Of a stretch of 64,000 nt of DNA, positions 11,354-24,198 are shown piece after piece (within the stretch, counting starts at the first letter, position 1; each line of letters opens with the position of its first letter). The translations under genes and the position numbers were made by a program. The notes under the pieces were generated by a model that worked only from the letters and a program-made list of their open reading frames with translations, had not been told where the DNA came from and searched no databases. This DNA is from Octopus bimaculoides (taxonomy: Eukaryota): positions 71,922,140 through 71,986,139 of the forward strand of contig NC_068983.1 in the NCBI RefSeq assembly GCF_001194135.2. Reading direction: 5' to 3'.

Positions 11354-12359
11354 TAGCAGAGATACCTGACATTGCTTGGGATTAAAATGGCATAGTTTGT
11401 ATATTTATTACAGGTATATTGTAACAAGTGATACTGAAAAGTGCAGCATTGACAACAAAACATTTGTGGAGTAAATAATGGGCTAATTTGACTAAGTGAC
11501 ATGTCAATCGTCTGTTTGAAGTATTCCAGGCTCTAACTTGTCTTAGAAAATTGAGGGTGGTGGGTATGTGCATGCCTTTGCTGATCTTGAGAAAGTCTCA
11601 TCTCACTTCTCTCTTGACACTCCATCTGATGTACTGCAGCATGCTTTTGCTGATCTTGAAAAAGTCTCCTCTTAGTCCTGTCTTGAGACTCCATTTGACG
11701 TGCTGCAGCATGCATTTGCTGATCTTGGGAAAGTCTCACTTCCCTTCTGTATTGAGACTCCATCTGAAGTGCTGCAGCATGCCTTTGCTGACGTTGGCAA
11801 AGTCTCATCTCCTTTCTCTATTGAGACTCCATTAATTTAAGAGTAAATATGTAATTATAAATACCTTGTAACTTTGCAACTGCTGCAATAATTATGAATT
11901 AGTAATTGAACAGTAAATGTGCCTTGTTATATATCTTGGATCTGCCACCTAATTGTTTTTTGTCAAGTGTTTTACCTCCAGCTGTTCATTATGTCAGTTA
12001 GCATACACTGACACACCATTCTGCTGTTATGGCAGTAAAGACGGAAAGTTGCCAATTCGTAATGTTGCTCACATTATGATATGAATTATTCATTTATTTG
12101 TCACAGTAGAATTAAAAGTGAAAGAATAAAAGTGAAACAATATTATATGACTTTACAATATAGATCTTATTCTTTCACTTTTGACACGTAATACTGAACC
12201 AGTACCAATGTTATATTGTTTTAATCTAAAATGAAAAAACAAATACATGTTGACACTCACGGGGTCTGATACTATTTGTAAAATTTGATTTGATTTGGTT
12301 GAGTCATTTGAAAATGCATAGAGAACAGACAGAGAAAGAATTTTATATATATATATAGT
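11353..12359 (-). mobile_element. Non-autonomous Helitron (~1 kb)
   Basis: The minus-strand 3' end is a decayed hairpin (cccaagcaatgtcaggta) followed by CTAG|T at 11353-11356. The 5' end resembles TCTATATATATAAAATTC near 12359. Internal STPR-like repeats. Confidence 0.75.
11570..11830 (-). repeat. 69-bp tandem repeat encoding 23-aa STPR-like units
   Basis: MESQYRREVRLSQDQQMHAAARQ / MESQDRTKRRLFQDQQKHAAVHQ / MECQERSEMRLSQDQQRHA; about 3.7 units. Confidence 0.85.
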
Positions 12360-12955
12360 CAAGGAAGTCAATTTGTAGATAGAACTTACAAACCTTGTTT
12401 GAGCATATAAAGCTCTAGAAAATAGCTTGAGTGAAAAAACTTGAGCCATGAAAGTGCATGACTGGCAGCTCCCATCAAACTGTCCAACCCATGCCAGTAT
12501 GGAAAACAAATGTTAAATGATGATGATATTTATTTAGGACAAAAGACGGAGGGCTTCTTCAGTAGAAGTGGAGAATAAGGTAGTGAACTACAGTTGTAAT
12601 TTATATTCTAAATAAAAGGAGTTTTTACTTTATTAGGAGTAGTAATATGACGAAGGAGTAATATGATAAGGGTCAGGTAAATAAATTCAAAGGTAGGCAA
12701 AAGATGGTGAGCAAGTGAGAAAGAACAAAGAAAGAATATATAGAAATAAATAAAATATGTGCACATTACCAAGATGTCAAGTATGTGAAAATAGCTGATA
12801 GGAAGGATCCAAGATCATTCAGTATGGGAGAGCAGAAAACCATGCTGCTTTCATGGAAAACATTTGTCCTCAGCTGCCTGGACTACTGTTCACAATTATG
12901 GTTGTCACACAATATTAAACAGCAGAACTAGAACCACTGTTTACGAAAAGATTGT

Positions 12956-13055
12956 NNNNNNNNNNNNNNNNNNNNNNNNNNNNNNNNNNNNNNNNNNNNN
13001 NNNNNNNNNNNNNNNNNNNNNNNNNNNNNNNNNNNNNNNNNNNNNNNNNNNNNNN
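12956..13055. other. Assembly gap (100 N)
   Basis: N run. Confidence 1.
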
Positions 13056-13190
13056 CATCAAAAAATACCTTAGGAATGAGAAACCAGGTTCGAAATTTCC
13101 CCAAGCCACCTGATGAAGGCTAGAATGTATATCAGCCGAAACATGTTAACAACATACAAGATGAAGATAGCTATCTGTCAATTGTAAATA
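13056..13190 (+). mobile_element. Penelope-like terminal repeat remnant
   Basis: gaaatttccccaag.cac...gaaggct...tatatcagccgaaac...gttaacaac, shared with 62041-62128; contains a hammerhead core. Confidence 0.7.
13105..13147 (+). ncRNA. Minimal hammerhead ribozyme motif (intact core, decayed stem I)
   Basis: CUGAUGA (13110-13116) A GGCU..AGCC GAAAC (13138-13142) AUGUU. Confidence 0.65.
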
Positions 13191-13229
13191 ATATAAATGA
13201 TGTATATACGATGGTCTATATACATAGAA

Positions 13230-13450
13230 GACCCTTTAAGGGCTTGCATCAAAGTTTAGTATTTAGAAATATACCAATCCAAAAAGTAGTCATTGCTTCA
13301 TAGACCCATAAGTTCTACCTTCCCCTTGGAAAGTCAGGACCTTGTTCTACAATAGACCAATGTTCAAAGGCCCATAGCATCAAAACAAACTGAGCAATCT
13401 ACATGAAATGGATACAAATGTATTCAAAAGGCATCTGGATAATTTACATT
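13230..13450 (+). mobile_element. CR1/L2-like LINE 3' fragment
   Basis: ...KLSNLHEMDTNVFKRHLDNL resembles the C-terminal FKxxLD motif of CR1/L2-group ORF2. Confidence 0.45.
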
Positions 13451-14042
13451 ATGAGGGCAGCAGCATTAAATTCCCTCTTTCACCAAAAGCTAAGTACTGC
13501 AGAAAAGTACTAATTGCAGAGGCATGGCTTCAGCATGGTCACAGCTGTTGGGCTGGAAATAATAAAAGAATAAACGAAATTTTGCAAACTGGAATTCAAA
13601 ACCATGTGGTTACAAAGTGAATCTTGTAAGCACATACACAAAGTGAGCCTTGTAAACACACGCACACAAACACACACACACACACACAAACTTACACTTC
13701 AGCCTTAGCTGCAACATACACACATGCACACAAATACAAGAAGGAGGTAGGGAAGATAGAGAGAGAGAGAGAAGGTTGAGAAAGAAAATAAACAAGACAA
13801 CAAGCAAAAAGAAAAGAAAAAAAAAACAATTCATGAAGTGTGAAGTAGTTGAACTCGCGATGCCTGATTGATATTTTAAAATGTTTTTTTTTAAATTTTT
13901 TTATTTCATAACCAATCAAAAATATAAAAAATTAAGCATTTTACTCTTCAATTAGGAATTATTATAATTTGCAGACACAAAAATAAAAAAAAATAAAAAA
14001 TAAAGGAATTACAATACACAATGTATATAAGTGTATGTATGC

Positions 14043-14080
<38 letters not shown>

Positions 14081-14166
14081 TAAATAATCACATGTATATA
14101 TAATGATATATATACATATGCATATTTTGGGAGTGTTTTAAGTGTTATGTGTATATATATACATAT

Positions 14167-14414
14167 NNNNNNNNNNNNNNNNNNNNNNNNNNNNNNNNNN
14201 NNNNNNNNNNNNNNNNNNNNNNNNNNNNNNNNNNNNNNNNNNNNNNNNNNNNNNNNNNNNNNNNNNNNNNNNNNNNNNNNNNNNNNNNNNNNNNNNNNNN
14301 NNNNNNNNNNNNNNNNNNNNNNNNNNNNNNNNNNNNNNNNNNNNNNNNNNNNNNNNNNNNNNNNNNNNNNNNNNNNNNNNNNNNNNNNNNNNNNNNNNNN
14401 NNNNNNNNNNNNNN
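14167..14414. other. Assembly gap (248 N) within TA-rich microsatellite
   Basis: N run. Confidence 1.
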
Positions 14415-14540
14415 ATATATATATATATATATACATACATACATACACACACACACAAATGCATTTATGTGTTCATATACATGCACACACAGGCATGACA
14501 GAGTACTGAATGTTTATATCATGCTTAATGATAGCTTTTA

Positions 14541-14604
<64 letters not shown>

Positions 14605-14618
14605 ACATATAGACACAC

Positions 14619-14654
<36 letters not shown>

Positions 14655-15064
14655 GTGTATATATATATACATACATATACACATAAACGAACATACAAGA
14701 AATATTTACAAATGTATTTACATACAAATGTATGTAACTGACAGAAGAAAGTTTTCAAAAACAATTTTAAGCACAGTCAACTGGGAGGAAAAAAAATAAA
14801 TATTTTGGCAAATTTCTAACAAGAATTACAGAGGTTTAATTTAAATATACAGCCATTAGTTATAGCAGCGCAATTGACCTGCGTATGTTTGCACATACAT
14901 ACACACACACTCCTATAGTATGTATATGTGCATGTGTGTGTCTGTGTGTATTATACATGCATACATTTATTTACATACACATATTAACTACATCCATTTC
15001 TACATACATACACATAATAGTGTTTATATGTGTGTGTGAATATATGTTTTTGTGTGTATATGTG

Positions 15065-15124
<60 letters not shown>

Positions 15125-15844
15125 GTATCTATATGTGTGTGTGTGTGAGTATACTTATATATATATATATTTATATACACATAAATATTTGTAACATGTA
15201 AGCAAATACAACCTGTTGCATGTTCAGGTTGTTGGCAGCTAAACCAGCATCTTCACCAAAGACCTAACATTTACTGCAGATGTGAATACCGAGTTTGTGT
15301 TTAGTGTGAGATACCTCACCCCATAGGTAGATAGTTGCTCTTTAGTTTTGATTGACAAACTATATAGATGGAAAATCCTTATATGAAAGACTCAGTTTCT
15401 ATATGTATGTATATTTTGAATGTGGGCATAAAGAGGCTCAGGTTTGTCACTGGATATGCAGTAAAAATTCCAAAATCAAATCAATTGTGGGTCTCCCCTT
15501 ATTGGAAAAATTTATGAGAAAGCTCTCTAATATATAATCTGAGGCTGAGAATAGTAATCAGCCTTCTTACTGTTGCTTGTCATTGGTTATTCAACTATAA
15601 GTACTGAGAAAATGACATACATATTGTACAAATGAATGCCACTGTAATTCAATAATAAACCAATGTGTCATCACAGGACGGCTATCATCTGATAAGATGA
15701 AGCAATTACCATACACATACTTGCACACATACACATGTACACACAATAAAGTCATTTTGACTGTCAGTCAAAATCTGATGAAGGGAATGTTCTGCAGTGC
15801 AAGATGTTAAGATATAAAATTATTATCATTACTATTAATAATAA

Positions 15845-16061
15845 TTCTTTCTACTCTAGGCACAAGGCCTGAAATTTTGAAGGAAGGGGATAGTTGGTTA
15901 CACTAACGCTAGTGCTTAACTGGTACTTATTTTATAGTCCCTGAAGAGATGAAAGGCAAAGTTGACCGTGGCAGGAATTGAGCTTAAGATATAATGAGTT
16001 GAAAGAAATGCAACTAAGCATTTTGTTCAGCATGATAACAAATCTGCCAGTTCGCTGCCTT
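15845..16061 (-). mobile_element. Family N SINE
   Basis: gatgaaaggcaaagttgacc.tggc.g.aattga; (AAT)n on both sides. Confidence 0.85.
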
Positions 16062-16076
16062 AATAATAATAATAAT

Positions 16077-16280
16077 GGTTTCAAATTTTGCCTCAAGGGC
16101 AGCAATTTTGGGGTAGGGAATGAGTTGATTACATCGACACCAGGGTTCAACTGGTACTTATGTTATTGATCCCAAAAGGATGAAAGGCAAAGTCAACCTT
16201 GATGGAATTTGAACTCAGAATGTAGCGATAGGCAAAGTATTTTGCCTGGTGTGCTAATGATTCTGCCAGCTCACCACCTT
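16077..16280 (-). mobile_element. Family N SINE, tandem with the previous copy
   Basis: aaggatgaaaggcaaagtcaaccttgatggaatttgaactcagaa; separated from the previous copy only by (AAT)n. Confidence 0.85.
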
Positions 16281-17020
16281 AATAATAATAATTATATATA
16301 TTGTTATATTGTTGACCACTTCACCCAGCTTTCAGAGAGAGAGTAAGTATTGGATCAAATTGTTCCAGTCACAAACCATATTCTGCATGTTGACTTGATT
16401 TGCCTTGACATTGTAACCAAACTCTGGTTTTGAGTAATGCCTGATACTGTGTAACAGACTACGCCATAAGTTCATCATGCACCAGTTATTCACTATCAAG
16501 TGAAGTGGACATCTGAAATATACTCTTCTTTATACATAGGCAGACACATCTATAATTGTGAATATACTGCATGCACACAAACACATAAATTTATATACAT
16601 TGTATATTATATACACTCATCCACATATATATCTCTGTAACAATTTATCATACGTACATGCACAGTCACTCATATGTAAACATACAGGAATATATATATA
16701 TGTTTACACACACACACATATATATGTATGTATGTATATATGTTCAATTTAGAACTTTTTTTATTGAGAATTTCCCATATTTCCTTTAAGTTCCTTTTTA
16801 TTTGGTTTGGAACAACAACTCTCCTAAATCCAGTGGTCTAAGATTCCAAGACCTTCACAATTTTATCTTTAAATGAAATTGTTGTAATGGCATATAGTCC
16901 ATGCTTTCTGTGGTAACTCACAAATGGTCTTAGGAACAATTTTATAAGTGATAAAATTTTTAATATTGGATTTAAAATTATGTAGCAGTAAGTATTGGCA
17001 TATTCTATGATGTGCATGTG

Positions 17021-17060
<40 letters not shown>

Positions 17061-17479
17061 GTTATGTATGATTAATTTAGGCTTATGTTTGATTATTAGT
17101 AAAGATAAGATATTTGATTAATGTCTCGTATTATGTCATGCTGATGATTTCTAAAAAGAAATACTGCTTTACATGATTACCACTGACAAAAAAATTTTAA
17201 GGACTTTGTTTTAAGTTAGCAACAGCAATAAAATGAAGTATGTATATTTCATGCATCTTTTTCCTTATTCCTTAAGCTCAAATTCAAACTTCTAATTCTG
17301 TTAAATATTATGAAGAAATGATTACCCCATCCTACCCCTTGTATTAACTATCTATTAGGGAACTTCACATGTTTTTCGATAATTAATATTTTTGTGGAAT
17401 TCTGTATCAAATTATTGTGTTGTTAACTAGTGTTCTTCTCTTCAGTTTTGTGTGCTCTACTAGTTAATCTGATGTGCAC

Positions 17480-18000
17480 TTTGAGTAATAAAATTTGCAA
17501 CTTTCATGCTTACATTGAACTATGCATATTACAGTGATTGTCTGAAGTACATTCTGTTGTTTGTTAGGTTCTGGTATTATTGTAATATATTCTGACTATG
17601 ATTTGGTGGTTAGGTTTGGTACATTTCAAAACCAGAATACATTTGATTCTTATAGTGCTTGGTTTGTGTATTTTTAGTGGTTATTGCATCTGCTGTACAG
17701 TGTGAGTGAATTTGTTTTTGTATTGGTCTATGACCAGGTCTACTGATCCATTAGGATAATCATTATATAAGGCCTGTCTTAGATATAAGATTTCATTATT
17801 TAAAACTTTTATTAATGGATAAAAATTGAAATGTTCTTCAAAGAAAAGATCTAGCTATTGTGCATTTGTTATAAGCATTTGTTAGCTTTTTGTGGGTATG
17901 TAAACTGTGATATATGTTATTTCATATTGCTATGTTTATATCTAAGATTGGGTTGGTATTAAGATCTGAATTTATGTTGGAGGTATCTTAGAATGTAAAT
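17480..18000 (-). mobile_element. Highly degenerate Penelope-like RT C-terminal fragment
   Basis: Broken peptides RYKHSNMK and QALYNDYPNGSVDLVIDQY...IRIYYNN resemble the PLE thumb/linker region; many stops. Confidence 0.35.
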
Positions 18001-19704
18001 GTAATAGAAAAATATGAACCTAATTATACAGATATATCACACATAAATATATATATATATATATACCATGATATCATGAAATCTACCAGGATTTATCTTT
18101 CTATGAGTTTAATTCTTGCATTGAGGACTTTATCAATCATAAAATTATTTCCAAGGCTGTTTGCAATTTACTGCAAAATGCTTCTACAAGTTTAATATGA
18201 AAATGAAATTGTGAAGGTTTCAAAACATAATCCCAGTGGACTTAGGAACATAACCATTTAAAATCAAACATGAGCATAAATGTATTGTAATTATATATTT
18301 GAATGAAAAGCCTTTCTCTGTACAAATATTATAAGTGACATAAATATCAGAGATGCTTTGCCCCAAGCAGAAACTGAAGAGGTTACTTAAATGTTAATGA
18401 TACCATCTCTTGGTTCTCGGTGGTAACTAAAGTAAACCACATTGCTGGGAATTCTTCTCATTTACAAGAGGTATTGCAGGGTCATGAGCTTTTCTTCATT
18501 TTAAATTGAACTAAAGGAGTAACCCAATATGAACAAAACAAGACAATGTATTTTTGTTAACAGGAGTTAAGACAAAGAAATTACAGATAAATGTAGGTAT
18601 CTATATATCTATTATTTTTCTTCAAAGCCATATATCGTTAAAAATACCTGAATATTGAAAGCAATTTCTTCAGTTTCTCTCTCTTTGCTTTTGTGTTTTA
18701 ACAATGAAAGTATGTTATATTTTTCAGAGTTACAAATAAAATATATACATCTACCTACATTATTGCTACTTGAAGTTTCCCAACATTCACTGTCATTCAG
18801 GTTGTCTCAAATTGGGTGTATAGTATTTAACTTGATACTAAATTGTTTACATTTGTCTCTAGGATACTTGAATGACTGCATGTTTAGAGGAAACTCTGAG
18901 AAGCAATAAATTGATCATCAGTGTCTCCTAATATAATAACAAGTGCTACAAACATCCATTTGTATTCAAAATGTATATACACACACATAACTATTCATAT
19001 ATATTTGTATCTGGCTATCCATATACATACATATATATAAATACATACACAATATATACACAAACATATTTATAAATACAGACATATATATGCACATAGA
19101 CATATATATATATATGTGTATATATATGTGCATGTGTGTGTCTGTGTATGTATACACACACACATATATATACACATATGCATACATACATGTACATGTA
19201 CATATATGCATTCACATGCATATAAAACAAAAAAAATAGCAAATTATGAACATACCATATATGTATGTGTGTGTGTGTGTGTGTGTGTGTGCATGTACAC
19301 ATTGATGAATGTGAAAGGTTGTAAGACGGTAAACACATACACATCAGTTTATGTTACTTACATGCCTCCATGGCCACATGCATACTTAAACATGCAATAC
19401 ATATGGACAAGCAGGCATACACATATTCAAACTTATTATGCATTTGGATATAACAAGTAAATATCACAAGGAATCATTTAATTGACTTGTGAATAACATT
19501 GAATGTATATCTATGGACTAATATTCACCATTTTCTCCCTTGTGTATTATTTAACTTTGTACTACATAATTTGTACCGCAATTTAAAAGAAGATATATTC
19601 TTCTACTATACAACAAACACACATTCTTTCCTCTTTCTTTCTCTCAATCTCAAAACATACATACACAAAATTACATATATTTAGGAATGTCTGTGTAGTT
19701 AAGA

Positions 19705-19777
<73 letters not shown>

Positions 19778-19900
19778 ATATATCTATATATATATATATA
19801 TGAATGTATATGCAATGTGTATGAGCAATAAAACATTATTTTATAGGTGACGTTTAAAAGGCACTGAAAAGCAATAGATATGGTCACATTGAAAGCAAAA

Positions 19901-19935
<35 letters not shown>

Positions 19936-20072
19936 ACATTTTTAGCATGTCATGCATGTAGAAACATCCCCAAATCCATATATACATACATGTGTACATA
20001 TTATATATATATATAACATACATATATACATAATATATATATAACATACATACATATATATATATATATATA

Positions 20073-20200
20073 AAACATACATATATACATAATATATTTA
20101 TAACATACATATATACATAATATATTTATAACATACATATATACATGATATATTTATAACACATATATATATACATAATATATTTATATCATACAAATAA
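20073..20200. repeat. 28-bp AT-rich minisatellite (taacatacatatatacataatatattta)
   Basis: About 4-5 near-identical units in tandem. Confidence 0.75.
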
Positions 20201-20392
20201 TATATATATATACATGTTATATTTTTATTAATATTTAGCAAAAGGAATAGAGTGACTCAGTAGGTGAGTTTCATGCATAAGCATGTACCTAAGTTTGATA
20301 AGTGCTAATGCATGAAACTCTCGGAGCGTGAGTTAGTCTGTTGCTTCTGCTAAATATTAACAAAAATATACATATACTTATATTTTGCTTCA

Positions 20393-20394
<2 letters not shown>

Positions 20395-20464
<70 letters not shown>
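20395..20464. repeat. (TA)n microsatellite
   Basis: Pure TA run. Confidence 0.95.
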
Positions 20465-20476
<12 letters not shown>

Positions 20477-20479
20477 GTT

Positions 20480-20513
<34 letters not shown>

Positions 20514-20799
20514 TGCATGCATAGATGACAATGCAGTTTATACATAAATACTTCCTATAGACAAGATCACATACTCTCAATTAGATCTACATCAAATTCG
20601 TTTTGTCTGAATGGGGATGAATATACACATACTCACACACATTTAAATATAGACATTTTAAAGAACACTATGCTTTGCATACTAGCAGAGAACAGACAAA
20701 TGTATTTAATACACACATACATATACAGAAAACTTGTGTACACACACACACACACACGTTTGTATGTCTGTGCAGTGTATGTGTGTGTGAGTGTGTGTA

Positions 20800-20865
<66 letters not shown>

Positions 20866-20915
20866 CATATGTATGTATATATGTATGTGTGTGTATGTGT
20901 GCATGTATATGTTAG

Positions 20916-20946
<31 letters not shown>

Positions 20947-21563
20947 AATATATGTATATTTGTGTGTATATGTATATTATAAATGCATTAATCAAATATA
21001 TATAATTTATAGATATACAAAAAAAAACTTAAAATACAAGTAGACATACATAAACACACACACACACACACACACGCAAATATGCATATACATGCATAAA
21101 TATACAAAACAAAATTATCTTGCCTATATATATGTGTGTGTGTGTGTATATATATATATATACAAACATATATGTATACTTATATGTGGACATTTATATT
21201 ACATATACTTATTTATACATATATACATATATATATGTATGTGTGTGTATATATATATGTATGTATGTATCTATACACATGTGTGTGCATATGTGTGTGT
21301 GTGTGTGTATCTATGAACATACACAAATACATGGATGCAGAAATGCAAAAAATCAACCCAGCCCAAACCACATGCCCTTTTTCTCATACACACACGCATA
21401 CACACAAATAAATACACACACTTTCATATATGCATGTACATAGAAGCATAAAAGTTATTTCTACTGGCAGGAATAGTATATATATATAGGTAGATATATA
21501 TAAATACAGTCGTCCTTTATTATTATTCATTTATTTAAATTTTTTTTTTTTTTTTTTTTTTTT

Positions 21564-21698
21564 NNNNNNNNNNNNNNNNNNNNNNNNNNNNNNNNNNNNN
21601 NNNNNNNNNNNNNNNNNNNNNNNNNNNNNNNNNNNNNNNNNNNNNNNNNNNNNNNNNNNNNNNNNNNNNNNNNNNNNNNNNNNNNNNNNNNNNNNNNN
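21564..21698. other. Assembly gap (135 N) after a poly-T run
   Basis: N run. Confidence 1.
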
Positions 21699-22074
21699 TG
21701 ATGCAGAAATACAGATGAAAATTAACATAAAAAAAAATAATAATTAAAAAAAATCAATGAATGAAATGAAATGAAGGAAAAAAATAGCCATGGAAAATAT
21801 AAATAAAAATATAATAATTGAATAAATAATCTTATAAATATTACAGAATTTCTGGAAAAAAAAAATGTCTTTCATTTTCTTTCTTTTGTTTGGTTTTTGT
21901 TGTTGCTGTGTTTGTAATAAAACATTTCAAATTTCTTTCATGTTGTCATATATTCTTCTTTATTCTCTCTCTCTCTCTCATATTTTATTGTTTTTTTTTT
22001 AATTTTCAAACTTTGAAGGAATTCTATCTAATCATTCACAGATTAAATCTGGAGATCGGAAAGTAAAAATGCAC

Positions 22075-22124
22075 ATTATTTATTATTATTATTATTATTA
22101 TCATCATCATAAACATCATCACAA

Positions 22125-22165
<41 letters not shown>

Positions 22166-22252
22166 ATAGTAGTAGTAGTAGTAGTAGCAGCAGCAGCATG
22201 ACCAGCAGCGGCAATAGTATTATTATTATTATTATTAGTAGTAGTAGTAGTA

Positions 22253-22318
<66 letters not shown>

Positions 22319-22330
22319 ATAGCGGCAGCA
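22075..22330. repeat. Compound trinucleotide array (ATT)(CAT)(AGT)(AGC)
   Basis: Directly visible; it explains the spurious poly-Ser and poly-Leu ORFs. Confidence 0.95.
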
Positions 22331-24198
22331 GCAGAACAACTGTTGCAACTGCTAATATCATTTCCTTAATTTCCATTCCTAGAATTTTCCCCCTTCTTAC
22401 AAATGTTCAATGTTCACTCAAGCAAAGGACTGACATGCTAGACTTCCTTTATTTCTATAAAACAAAAGGTCAGGAAACTGTGAGGAGCATATTCATGTAT
22501 GTGTGTGTACACATATGCACATGTGTATGCATTGATGTGTATATGCATAAACATATGCAGACACACACACACACACACAAACTCAAAAATACTCAAATAG
22601 TAAAATATATTTATATTTACCAGAAAGTATATATTTATATACACACACACACATATATATATTCTAAATCATTCATTATTTTATATTCATGTTTTCCCTG
22701 TCAGCATGGGTCTTCTACAGTAGTCGTGCTCCCTCCTTCACAGACACACATAAATATATATACACATGTGTGTATGTGCAGGTTTAGTACAATAGGAGAA
22801 AGAAAATCCTATATATGAATAAATGTATTTTTGTTATTTTACCATTTTATTATTTGATAAGTGATATGCACCAAACTCTCAACCTTTCAGTTACTCTTAT
22901 AACATTCTACTAGTTGAAGACAAAGGAACTGTATTAGCCTACAGCTGTTTCTACTATAAGATGCAGTGGACTCATAGTTGGGTACCTTATAGCTTCATTA
23001 GAGCCTCACACACACACACACACATATATACAGATATATATATATATAAAGTAAATGAAAGGAATGGAAGTAGTTATGTGTTACACATGTTTCAGAAATG
23101 CATAGAGCCTATATTATGTAACATTTAAATATGATATCACAACATGAACAGAGTTCACCCAAAGATGAAGTGCATGGTAGAAATATGTAACAGCTTTAAT
23201 GTTATGTAATACAGATACCATGCATTTCTGAAACATGTCTATTGTATACCTGCTTCTTTTGTTCCTTTCATTCACTTATTCAATTACTGCATACTAAGCA
23301 GCATAAGCTGCTTTTGTACTGGAGTTGTGTAATATGTCATTTTATCAGGATTACTTTATAATTTTGATATGGGATGAAATCTATTTTGTATTTGCATTAA
23401 TAAACTTTATTGATTGATTATCATTTCCTTCATGTTTTCATTACAAGACTGTATATGCTATATATGTATATATATTTACAAAGTGAAAAGAGTGAGCAAT
23501 TAATTATATTATTTAATAGAACAAATTACTTGCTCCATTTTCCTTAATACTTATTTGACATTTGCAGATTTCAGATGTATCCTCAACAAAACTATCCAGA
23601 TCTGGTTTATATTTTATATCTGATAGCCAGTACCTGTGGATGATCTTAATAAAGCAAACTCCAAAGTTAAAACCTAAATGGAATCTACACACACACACAC
23701 ACGCATAATAAAGATAAAACTAAATGCTAATATTTTGAATGTACTTAATACATGTGTTTCAATTAATCATGTAAGAGAGTTCTTACACCATATCCTTTTC
23801 AGTCAAAATGGATCCCTTAATATATATTTATATTTCATATACATAATAATAAATGCATTATCTATTTTGGTATTGTGTATAATTTTTTAATTATCTTTTT
23901 AATTCATATTTTCATGTTTTGCAAATGGGTTTTGTAGAAACAGAAATGTTCTACAAATGGATAGATGTATGCTTTCAAGAAAATTCTTTTAAAATACCAT
24001 CTTAATCCTATTGTGTATGTAAATAACAAATCCTATTGTGTATGTAAATAACTAAATAAATAACAATTGAAGTAACTATTGTAGAATTGAAGCTTTTAGG
24101 ACTGCTATGCTATAGATGTAGTATATGAATCCTTATAAATCTAATTAAATTGATTTTAAATCAACTAGAATGATTAAATTTATTAATATATTATCAAT

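Noticed and set aside
15222-15275. Possible minus-strand exon VFGEDAGLAANNLNMQQ
   Set aside because: Weak acceptor and donor, no recognisable homology, no partner exons.
17141-17170. CTGATGA...GAAA
   Set aside because: The GAAA is consumed by the only possible stem II; no stem I or III.
21540-21563. Poly-T run as a retroposed poly(A) or TULP4 3' end
   Set aside because: Abuts an assembly gap, so length and context are unknowable.
14044-21728. Many YIYI/CVCV/HTHT ORFs
   Set aside because: Translations of dinucleotide repeats and N gaps.
22069-22818. Longest ORF (249 aa, poly-Ser/His/Tyr)
   Set aside because: Produced by (AGT)n/(ATT)n/(CA)n microsatellites; no domain or splice support.
24004-24052. 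Perfect 24-bp tandem duplication
   Set aside because: Ordinary slippage duplication; no further structure.
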